A DNA stretch of 38,499 nt from assembly GCA_964555925.1 (NCBI GenBank), contig CAZKUJ010000003.1, positions 1 to 38,499 of the forward strand, given 5' to 3'. Shown piece after piece: positions 10,001 to 17,463 of this stretch. The notes under the pieces were generated by a model. It did not search any database. It worked only from the letters and a program-made list of their open reading frames with translations, and was not told the DNA's origin. Each line of letters starts with the position of its first letter. The first letter of the stretch is position 1. The translations under genes and the position numbers were made by a program. Origin of the DNA: Candidatus Woesearchaeota archaeon (GTDB lineage Archaea; Nanobdellota; Nanobdellia; Pacearchaeales; GW2011-AR1).

Positions 10001-13000
10001 TAAATACTCTTAAAGATAAACTTCCAGATGGTTTGAAAGATTTAGGAGTAAGTGTTCGTGCTCAAGGAACCGCGATTACAGAAGTGTATGAAGGAAAAAC
10101 AACAACCCAGCAAGTTGGCCAAATTCCTGCGAATGTTCCTGCACAAACATTGATTTATGGTGGAAAAGATTATATCATAGAACTTGAAAAAGCAGGAGAA
10201 ACCTATAGAGTTAAAGAAATTTATGATACTATGGGAAACAAAATAGATAGTACTTTATCAGCATATCAAGAAATAAAAAATAAATTTATATTTAGGCAAT
10301 TCGACAAAACCACATATAAAAATCCGTCTACAACAATGGTGTTAAGATATTATGAAACTGGAAATTATAAGGGTGTTCCTGCAATTGTTCCTTTTGACAC
10401 TTCAAATGGATGGTATGCTGCAATTAAACCATCTATTCCAATACTTGGCGCAATAAAACCTGTTGATGATTCTGGAAGAGTTTCAAGTTTCTGGCTGTGT
10501 AATGTTGGATCAAATAAAAAAGAAGAATTCTTTGAGCTTACTGATTCTGGAAGAGGAGATGATATCTGCCAGATGATTAATCGCGCAACAGGACAAACAT
10601 ATGACTCGTTTCCAGGACTTGATTCGAGCGAGGCATCTAAATTAGTTAATAATGCACAGCTTGCAATCTCGCAAGCCCAAAGAGCTTACAAATCAGGAAT
10701 GAGCAATAAAGTGAATATACTCGGAAAATCTATTTCATTAGGAGAACCTACTTTTGGCAATCCCGATATACAATGTCAAGATTTTATGTCTCCTAAAGAC
10801 TGCAATCTTATGTTTAATGTTTGTGACCCTGTTGTTTGTCCAAGTTCACGATGTAATCTAGGTGGTGCCTATACTGTAAAAGATGTAATTCAATCAGGAA
10901 TAGCAGGAAGCATTGCTCTTTGTCTTCCTAATTTCCCAGAAGTTATTGTTCCTGTTTGTCTTTCAGGAGTTCATGCAGGAATTGATGGTTATCTAAGTGT
11001 TATGGAATCTTATCAAGAATGTTTGGAAACTAGTTTGAAAACAGGGCAAACAGTTGGAATTTGTGATTATTTAAATTCTGTTTATATGTGTGAATTTTTC
11101 TGGAAGCAATCTTTACCTGCTGTAAAATACGTTGTTCCTAAATTAATAAGCAAGATAGTTGGACAAGATGTTCGCGGAGGAGGAGAGTATCTTAGTGCTA
11201 AAGATGCATGGGAAAAAGCAGGAGATTCTGTGGATTTCTTTACCCAGTATTATGCAGCTAATTCTTATGCTGCTTTTAAAGCAAGATCACTTGAAGGAGT
11301 TGGAACTGAATTTTGTAAAAATTGGCTTTCGATTCCTGGTTTAGGAAATGGAGAACTTTTTGATGCTTTGATAGCTCCTGATTCTCCGTCTCAATTTTAT
11401 GGAAGTTTTGAGGAAATACCTTTTACAACAGCAACTGTTCCACCAATTTCACAATATAAGGTATTTTATCATATTTATGCTGGAAAAGATTTACCTGCTT
11501 ATTATGAGGTTTATCTAAAAGGAGATGTTGGTTATTATTATCAAGATGTTTCTTCTAGAAGACTTGTTGCAAGAGGATTTATTGCTACAGGAGAGAGTGC
11601 ATCAAATACAGAAGATTTCACAGCTCCTTCAGGATATAATGAACTTTGTATTGTTGTAAATAATCAAGAAGAGTGTGGATTTAAGCAGGTTTCAACTGAT
11701 TTTGCTGTCCAGTATATATCAGATAGTTTTGTTGCCCAACAAGCTAAACAAACAGATGTTACTAGTTCAACTGAATGTGTCTCTGGAACATCTAGTCTTC
11801 TTAGTTTATTAAATCCAAATCTTCAGGCAGGAGCAACTGAATTGCTAAATCCTGCAATTTACAATAGAGGAATTATTAGAATCTGTTCAACAGATAATCC
11901 TGGAAAAACAACAGACTCTTATGCGGGGACAGAGAAAGCAAGATGGAAAGAAGTTGGTTATTGCGACACTACTGCAATAAAATGCTGGCTTGATACTAAA
12001 AGTGTTAAGGACACAATAGAAATAGGAACAATTGAAAACGCAACTCTGAGCGAGGTGTCTACTAATTACTTATCAATTTTAATGAATGGTTCAGATTATG
12101 TTGAAAATTTTGATGAGCTTGTTAAGGAAATTGAAAATGAAAATGTTTTGACTGAAAAAATAAAAAAAGTAAATGAAAATTTAGACAAAGTCTATTTTAA
12201 TTATCAAAAAGGCTATCTAACATTATTAAGAGGAGATGCTTCTAAAGCACTCGCTAATCTTGCTATCTCGCTAAAAGTATCTATTGCAGGTACAGAAACT
12301 ACTAGCGATAAAACTGAAACTCCTCCTAGCGATAAAACTGAAACTGTTTCTGATTACAGAACCCCTATAGATAACATAGGAATAACATCTCCAATTCTTG
12401 AATATGAGTCTGGAGGAACCCTCGGATTAGGCAAAAACAAGGTTTATTACATATACTCTAAAAGTAAGTGGTATTTTTCTCTTACTGGAGAACAAAAAAC
12501 AGAAGAATGGTTTCCTATAGATAAAACTCTTCCAGAATATGGAAAATTATCCACGAAAAATCAAGAACTTACAAATAGTTTAGTTGATAAGTCTTATTTA
12601 GATGGGCTTATGCTGTTGATTTACAAAACAACCCAGAATGAAGATGGCGGTTTTTTGTCTAATGTGTATTTATCTACAAAAAGAATTGAATTTTCACACA
12701 ATAAAAGATTTACATTCCAATCATATGAACCATTAACTTTTTATTTTGAATATGATGATTCTTTAAAAAAATGGAAGTGGTCTGATAATAAAGAACAATG
12801 GTTTTCAGTTTCAGAGAACATTTCATCTGCATCAGATACAGCGCAATTAGCACTTGCGTACGAAACAGAAAATTTAAGACCTTTAATAGAGAAATTTAAA
12901 AATTTAGTAGGAGCACTTAGAGAAAAATCATTTTATCAAGGATCTGCATTAATTTTTCAAATTGATGCAGTAGAATTTTCGATTGAAACTCCTTCTGAAG

Positions 13001-13542
13001 CCGAAACTTGTCCTGTTCCAAGTCCTACAGAAGCAGTATTAGCAATATCAGATCCTCAAAAAAGAGTTTTGAAAACAGTAGAGGAGCTTAATGGAAAACC
13101 TGCCCCTGGTTCTTCTTGTTTTCATTCAATTGAATTTGTTTATAGAAGCGCAGCAGTTGATTTTGGATGTACATATTCTGATAAGTCAGGTCAACAATAT
13201 AATATAGATGGAGAGATAATAATTATAGGTGAAGATAAAGATGCTCAAAATGCAATTATCTTTCTTGTGCCAACAGGAGCAAGCTCTTGTAAATATCCTC
13301 TCGGCGCATTAAATTATCAGCAAAAGCTAGACCAAATTCAACCAGGAGATTGGTTAGATGTTGCATGGACAGATAAATCATCTCATGCTGTCATATTTAT
13401 TGGATGGGAGAATAAAGAAAAAGGATATGCACGAATATTTGATTGGATAGGCGGAGGAAGTAGGACCTATGGATATCAAAATGTATATTTAACAGAAAAT
13501 ACTAATCCTGTTTATTTGCATAGAAGTCCTGTACTGGCGTAA
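7087..13542 (+). CDS. Giant (2151 aa) Cys-rich exported protein with putative C-terminal NlpC/P60- or CHAP-like peptidase domain
   Basis: Sec-type signal (FVIFLASVLLINLASA|ES), Cys-dense core (CQDFMSPKDCNLMFNVCDPVVCPSSRC), C-terminal SCFHSIEFVY...IQPGDWL...SHAVIFIGW. Starts 1 nt after the upstream stop. Confidence 0.75.
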   Translation: MKKEIRNKKQRIVLNISLFVIFLASVLLINLASAESYSRSVTGYSQYVGVQYSTGDTYFPFVYGADGSFNRNLCQAGQDFLLYVSPTGCIPSVVRSDLLEEQNVPVFCPIMATKLNPLINVDAIDYVSFRGNTPKEVSGIGYYPAQAALGKAGFQVTSSLANNIGYAVIVLKQQKNESAMPSFVEGNITAVIKYDIKNAFGVGQASFYLPVMSDAEWNENFKRYGFWQGRGYLRVDSVEDDRATISIYSDRETYSLAKTDKKVVATVPIEIGKTSREILMPGFDYCMGGLQLKLNGIENPDTMVKLNVNGDYFDLKKGEKFIDEKCYVKNLDKRGVIESVEITCREDVKTNTFSLSINPKIVLEMGGVARNYSLGEKLYAEIKDGKETGKSVYLVYARTKGDTRKEENLTVTLAAIPGNAEKLSDSDLTSIGKFLNKYPSPEKSSTIAERGINALKSVLSGTGLILRGIIEGQAFKDINVNEPAKELFGKNIKLIGFAGARDADTSRFYPLFKEYYDNAMKDYNAIIGNYPSEKYPQEEQITLGQRALTEMIGLAYKAQQMRTIMDLCRNFEEKYSNFDVPDVCQDSHKLSSFDASSKDVEIGGKVYSISMVRIQEPSFEDLGVTIDISGTSVNFTGSRDLRLNDRVYVNESEYISLIGLEKDYAVFDISGISRAATTVGSTVKINLNSYELVGSNNYRIGVTTINLKKVAKVSVIPRIERETTNATFSFKIGIEKRGIQLTPEKTQERIEKLNKTIAQWKNLNEKLGSVVKAGKAACLVTGTALTIKNFFANLKGEGIAREMVMRKSGGWFEFCEVEKIKTGQSVDSCLLANSDKIDSNVEEVTKIIQEQNNKYKELQEGITKRTDFLGEDVVDTDALMKRFVDEDPQFKNDLNNIVNKLEKVKISGSDVNVSEIIKGINSETITLTQAREIQLNSKLLNSEDAKIKEIAKKNLEASLGDVWVNSRDKIAVNTLKDKLPDGLKDLGVSVRAQGTAITEVYEGKTTTQQVGQIPANVPAQTLIYGGKDYIIELEKAGETYRVKEIYDTMGNKIDSTLSAYQEIKNKFIFRQFDKTTYKNPSTTMVLRYYETGNYKGVPAIVPFDTSNGWYAAIKPSIPILGAIKPVDDSGRVSSFWLCNVGSNKKEEFFELTDSGRGDDICQMINRATGQTYDSFPGLDSSEASKLVNNAQLAISQAQRAYKSGMSNKVNILGKSISLGEPTFGNPDIQCQDFMSPKDCNLMFNVCDPVVCPSSRCNLGGAYTVKDVIQSGIAGSIALCLPNFPEVIVPVCLSGVHAGIDGYLSVMESYQECLETSLKTGQTVGICDYLNSVYMCEFFWKQSLPAVKYVVPKLISKIVGQDVRGGGEYLSAKDAWEKAGDSVDFFTQYYAANSYAAFKARSLEGVGTEFCKNWLSIPGLGNGELFDALIAPDSPSQFYGSFEEIPFTTATVPPISQYKVFYHIYAGKDLPAYYEVYLKGDVGYYYQDVSSRRLVARGFIATGESASNTEDFTAPSGYNELCIVVNNQEECGFKQVSTDFAVQYISDSFVAQQAKQTDVTSSTECVSGTSSLLSLLNPNLQAGATELLNPAIYNRGIIRICSTDNPGKTTDSYAGTEKARWKEVGYCDTTAIKCWLDTKSVKDTIEIGTIENATLSEVSTNYLSILMNGSDYVENFDELVKEIENENVLTEKIKKVNENLDKVYFNYQKGYLTLLRGDASKALANLAISLKVSIAGTETTSDKTETPPSDKTETVSDYRTPIDNIGITSPILEYESGGTLGLGKNKVYYIYSKSKWYFSLTGEQKTEEWFPIDKTLPEYGKLSTKNQELTNSLVDKSYLDGLMLLIYKTTQNEDGGFLSNVYLSTKRIEFSHNKRFTFQSYEPLTFYFEYDDSLKKWKWSDNKEQWFSVSENISSASDTAQLALAYETENLRPLIEKFKNLVGALREKSFYQGSALIFQIDAVEFSIETPSEAETCPVPSPTEAVLAISDPQKRVLKTVEELNGKPAPGSSCFHSIEFVYRSAAVDFGCTYSDKSGQQYNIDGEIIIIGEDKDAQNAIIFLVPTGASSCKYPLGALNYQQKLDQIQPGDWLDVAWTDKSSHAVIFIGWENKEKGYARIFDWIGGGSRTYGYQNVYLTENTNPVYLHRSPVLA
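12302..12345 (+). repeat. 20-bp direct repeat (24-nt period) encoding the TSDKTETPPSDKTET linker
   Basis: CTAGCGATAAAACTGAAACT at 12302-12321 and 12326-12345. Confidence 0.9.
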
Positions 13543-13591
13543 AGATGCGAGACAAGTGAATGTTCTGTCGCATTTTTCATTTTATTTCAAA

Positions 13592-13675
13592 TGCGGGAGA
13601 TAGGATTCGAACCTATGTAGGCACTAAGCCATCAGGTCCTAAACCTGACCCGTTTGACCACTCCGGCACTCCCGC
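13592..13675 (-). tRNA. tRNA-Leu(TAG)
   Basis: Reverse complement: GCGGGAG/CTCCCGC-A, anticodon arm TCAGG-TTTAGGA-CCTGA, long variable arm GGCTTAGTGCC, GGTTCGAATCC. Confidence 0.96.
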
Positions 13676-13748
13676 ACTCCAGCATGTAGATTTCTGCTTT
13701 AAAAATATTATTCGCAAGATATTTAAATCTATTCTAATTATTTAAGAA

Positions 13749-13949
13749 ATGTCAAAAAGTTTAGAAATATTTTTCTTTTTTATCTACTTAATATTTGGAA
13801 TTTATATCATAAACACCGGATTTAATTTTCTTTCAATGCCTTTGTTTATTCAATCAATTAGTAAATGGATTGTTCTAATAGCAGGCTTTTTACTTATTTT
13901 TGGTGGAATACTTTATCTAAAGCCAACCAAAGGCGGTTTTTTTTATTAA
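13749..13949 (+). CDS. Small two-TM membrane protein (paralog of 4935..5150)
   Basis: 66 aa, TATA-like TTTAAAT about 20 nt upstream. WIVLIAGFLLIFGG matches WIIFIGGILLIIGG of the 4935 ORF. Confidence 0.75.
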   Translation: MSKSLEIFFFFIYLIFGIYIINTGFNFLSMPLFIQSISKWIVLIAGFLLIFGGILYLKPTKGGFFY

Positions 13950-13967
13950 ATCTATTTGAGAATTAAT

Positions 13968-14894
13968 TTATTTTTTTGATTTAATCTCGTTTTCTTTTTG
14001 TTTTATTTTGTCTTCAAGTTCAAGTTTTTCTATTAATTCTTTATATCTATTTCTTATTGTTACTTCTGTAATTCCTGCAATGTCTGCAACTTCCCTTTGT
14101 GTTTTTTTCTCATCATTCATTAAAGCTGCTACATATAATGCTGCTGCAGCAATTCCTGCAGGCCCCCTCCCAGAAGTTAATTCAACATCCTCTGCTCTTT
14201 TGAGAACCTTAAGAGCATCATTTTGCGTTTTTGGTGAGAGCTTTAAAACAGAAGAAAATCTTGAAATGTAATCTTTTGGAGAGCTTTGATTTACTTTTAT
14301 TCCGAGCTTTCTTATAATAAATCGATATGTTCTTCCTATTTCTTTTCTTTCTACATCAGAAGCTGTTGCCATTTCGTCTAGAGTTCGTGGTATATTATAA
14401 GATCGACATGCAGCATAGAGGCAGGCTGCGATTACAGATTCCATTGAACGTCCACGAACAAGCCCTCTTTGCACAACATAATTATAAATTCTGGCAGCTT
14501 CATCTCTTACAACATTTGGAAGATTTAGATAAGAAGCAATAACTCTTAATTCAGCCATTGCAAGTCTAAGGTTTCTTTCAATGCTTGTGGACACTCTTTC
14601 TTGCCACTTTTTCAATCTTAGAAATTTTCTAGTTTGCTTTGGTTCTAATCTGTATATATCTGAAATCTCACCCACATTAGTAGTGAGTCCTTTGTCGAAT
14701 TTTTGAATGCTTGTTGGTGCACCACCCCTGCCTTTTTTCTCTCCTTTGTCAAATTTTCCTTGCAGGTCAATTCCTGTGTCAACCATTTTTTCCTCGACAA
14801 CTAGCCCGCAGTCATTACAAATGATTTCTCCAAGATGAGAATCGTAAGTAAGATGAATACTTCCACATTCAGGACATTTCTTTATAAATGCCAT
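13968..14894 (-). CDS. tfb: Transcription initiation factor IIB
   Basis: CPECGS...GEIICNDCGLV zinc ribbon and two cyclin repeats (RGRSMES, GRGPAG, TQREVADIAGITEVTIRNRYKE). Confidence 0.98.
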   Translation of the reverse strand: MAFIKKCPECGSIHLTYDSHLGEIICNDCGLVVEEKMVDTGIDLQGKFDKGEKKGRGGAPTSIQKFDKGLTTNVGEISDIYRLEPKQTRKFLRLKKWQERVSTSIERNLRLAMAELRVIASYLNLPNVVRDEAARIYNYVVQRGLVRGRSMESVIAACLYAACRSYNIPRTLDEMATASDVERKEIGRTYRFIIRKLGIKVNQSSPKDYISRFSSVLKLSPKTQNDALKVLKRAEDVELTSGRGPAGIAAAALYVAALMNDEKKTQREVADIAGITEVTIRNRYKELIEKLELEDKIKQKENEIKSKK

Positions 14895-15016
14895 TTTAAG
14901 AATATAAGAACATTTTTTGTTACTTCCTGGTTTACAACAAACTTTAAAAATAAAGTTATTCGCAACCTTTATAAATTTTTCCCCTTTATAAGGCTTTCTT
15001 TTTAGAATTTTGCTTT

Positions 15017-15385
15017 TTATTGCTCACTTTCGATTAGAATTCCATTAATCATGCCTTCTTGACTTGGCCTATTTGTTATTTTGGCTTTTCCTAATTCTGT
15101 CTCAACAATTGTTCCTTTTGTTAGGATATTCTGTCTTGCAAGGAATCTATTTGAAGGAGTTTCAAGAACATTTTTTATTTCTAGTTTTTTATTTTTATTT
15201 TTAATTTGAACATTTATGAATTTTGATTTTAGAAGAAAGGTTTTCGAATTTCCTCCCCGAACAATTAGGCTTCTTCTTTTATCTTCCCCTAATTTTACAA
15301 TTCTTTTCTGACCTGGCATCTCATAAAGTTTCTTCTTTCTTGCCTTATGATATTTTCCACCAGAAATTTTTCTTCCTTTTTTCAT
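15017..15385 (-). CDS. rps8e: Ribosomal protein eS8
   Basis: RKISGGKY, VRGGNSK, NILTKGTIVETELGKAKITNRPSQEG. Confidence 0.96.
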   Translation of the reverse strand: MKKGRKISGGKYHKARKKKLYEMPGQKRIVKLGEDKRRSLIVRGGNSKTFLLKSKFINVQIKNKNKKLEIKNVLETPSNRFLARQNILTKGTIVETELGKAKITNRPSQEGMINGILIESEQ

Positions 15386-15652
15386 TTTTTATAAAGTGAA
15401 ATTTACAAAATTTTTTAATTTTAGTCTAGGCATTTTAAAAAAATGTATTTGCTTTTTTTATTTATCTCTTAGGATATTTTTAATTTTTATATTAATGCAA
15501 CCCCTTTTTTTATTTATATAACTTTCTATTTTAATAAGAGACACACATTTAATTTTCGAATGAATATTCTAAGAAATATTAATAACGAAATGTTTATAAA
15601 TAAAAACCTACAGGTGATAGAATACAAAAACTACATAAAATAAAAAATAAAA

Positions 15653-15904
15653 ATGGTTAACGGAATTGAGCGACCTCTTGACCTTTTGAACAATTCAAAA
15701 GGAAAAGAAATTCTCGTTCATTTGAAGGGAGATAAACAGTTCGTTGGTACTCTACTAGCATTTGATATCCATATCAACTTGGTTCTTGACAACATAAAAG
15801 AAATGGAGAACAATGAAATAAAAAGAAATCTTGGATTGACTTTTTTAAGAGGAGATACTATTATATTTATTTCTCCAGCATCAACAGCCTTAAGGAAAGA
15901 ATGA
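15653..15904 (+). CDS. Sm-like archaeal protein (SmAP/Lsm)
   Basis: RPLDLL, Sm1 motif GTLLAFDIHINLVL, Sm2 motif FLRGDTIIFISP. Confidence 0.95.
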   Translation: MVNGIERPLDLLNNSKGKEILVHLKGDKQFVGTLLAFDIHINLVLDNIKEMENNEIKRNLGLTFLRGDTIIFISPASTALRKE

Positions 15905-15951
15905 TTTCTATTTTAGTTACTTTTATTAACTAGTAGGATTTATTTTGAATT

Positions 15952-16854
15952 ATGGCAGAAAAAATAAATATCACTTTTCTTGGAACAAGTGATTCTGTAC
16001 CAAGCGCAGTAAGAAATCATCCTGCTGTGCTTTTGACTTACTTAGAGGAAAATATTCTTATTGATTGCGGAGAAGGAACTCAAAGACAATTTAGAAAAGC
16101 AAAAAGAAATCCGTGTAAAATAACAAGAATTTTGATAACTCATTGGCATGCAGATCATGTACTTGGAATTCCAGGACTTTTGAAAACTCTTGCTCTTAGT
16201 GGTTATAATAAAACTCTGTTCATTTATGGGCCAAAAGGAACAAGAGAATTAATGAAAAATCTTTTAAATTTATTTGGAATTAGAGAGAAATACCCCCTAA
16301 TAGTAAAAGAAGTTAGTGGCAAATTCTTTGAAAATGAGAATTTTTCTATTGAAGCAGAAAATATGACTCATGGAATTCCTTGCAATGCTTATAAGTTTAC
16401 TTTAAAAGGAAAAATAAGAATTGATAAGAAAAAACTAAATAAAATAAAAATTCCGAATGGCCCAAATTTAAGAAAATTAAAAGAAGGAAAAAATATATAC
16501 CATGAAGGAAAAAAATATTCTGCAAAAAATCTTACTTCTAGAGAAGAGGATAGAATAATTTCTTTTGTTTTGGACACTTCTTTTAATAAAAATATTATAC
16601 CTTTTGTAAAAAATTCAGATATTTTAATTTGTGAATCTACGTTTATGCCTGAACTCAAAACTAAAGCAAAAGAATATCTGCATCTTACTGTTAGTCAAAC
16701 AGCAGAAATAGCAAAAAAAGCTAGAGTTAGAAAACTTTTCTTAACTCATATCAGCCAGAGATTTTCTAAGGATTTAAAAAGAGTTTTAGAAGAAGCTAAA
16801 AAAATCTTTAAAGAATCTTATCTTCCCCGCGATTTAGACGTTATTGGAGTTTAA
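15952..16854 (+). CDS. rnz: Ribonuclease Z (tRNA 3' processing)
   Basis: FLGTS, DCGEGTQRQ, THWHADH metallo-beta-lactamase motif, flexible-arm region (PNGP), CESTF, LTHISQR. Confidence 0.95.
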   Translation: MAEKINITFLGTSDSVPSAVRNHPAVLLTYLEENILIDCGEGTQRQFRKAKRNPCKITRILITHWHADHVLGIPGLLKTLALSGYNKTLFIYGPKGTRELMKNLLNLFGIREKYPLIVKEVSGKFFENENFSIEAENMTHGIPCNAYKFTLKGKIRIDKKKLNKIKIPNGPNLRKLKEGKNIYHEGKKYSAKNLTSREEDRIISFVLDTSFNKNIIPFVKNSDILICESTFMPELKTKAKEYLHLTVSQTAEIAKKARVRKLFLTHISQRFSKDLKRVLEEAKKIFKESYLPRDLDVIGV

Positions 16855-16928
16855 TTTTCTTCCTGCTTTTTCTTTAGATTTTAAATAGAAAGATTTTAAA
16901 TAGAATTCTTTCTTGTTTTTTAAAAGAA

Positions 16929-17050
16929 GCCCGGGTAGCTCAGCCTGGATAGAGCGACTGCCTTCTAGGGAATATTTCCGTGAGGGAATAAACTTGTTCC
17001 GGAAATCCGTGGCAAGCAGTAGGTCGCAGGTTCAAATCCTGTCCCGGGCA
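16929..17050 (+). tRNA. tRNA-Arg(TCT) with 47-nt intron at 37/38 (16968-17014)
   Basis: Acceptor GCCCGGG/CCCGGGC-A, D-loop GGATA (A20), stem ACTGC...GCAGT with loop CTTCTA|intron|A, GGTTCAAATCC. Relaxed BHB at the junctions. Confidence 0.9.
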
Positions 17051-17204
17051 TTGTCCTTTGGGCAATTCCTAAAAACGCCTTAGCGACGTCGTTTTAGGGC
17101 ATGATTGTTCAGGTTAAGCATACACACTTAAATCCAATGATTTCGTGAGCATACGTAGACTAGAATCAGAGATTCTGTCAGCATCGTTCAATAAATTAAA
17201 CGCT

Positions 17205-17321
17205 GCGGGGATGGCGAAGTGGTTAACGCGCTCGGTTGCAGTTTGGAACAAGATTCCTAACTCTACTCTTAGGGTAAGAGCAGAACCCGAGTATTCCTGG
17301 GTTCGAATCCCAGTCCTCGCT
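17205..17321 (+). tRNA. tRNA-Cys(GCA) with 44-nt intron at 37/38 (17242-17285)
   Basis: Acceptor GCGGGGA/TCCTCGC with U73, stem CTCGG...CCGAG, loop TTGCAG|intron|C. TTGC pairs with intron GCAG as the BHB central helix. Confidence 0.92.
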
Positions 17322-17463
17322 TTTTGAAAATTAACAAATTTTTGTTGAATTGAATTATTTTTAACTATATACTCCATATCAAAAAACTTTTTAAAGAGGT
17401 ATTTCTTTAACATTCTATGAAAAAGAGGTTCACGAGTTCGCTCGTTTTTCCATTTAAATAAAA

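Noticed and set aside
4756-13675. tRNA-bounded giant operon as an integrated mobile element
   Set aside because: No integrase, no visible duplicated tRNA end, two different tRNAs, and no evident composition shift.
13560-13745. 61-aa ORF
   Set aside because: It is the antisense reading of tRNA-Leu.
15389-15433. 14-codon minus-strand ORF (MPRLKLKNFVNFTL) just upstream of rps8e
   Set aside because: No SD or family resemblance, and such ORFs are expected by chance in AT-rich DNA.
17100-17200. Possible C/D-box sRNA in the tRNA spacer (ATGATT words)
   Set aside because: No convincing RTGATGA and CTGA box pair with proper spacing.
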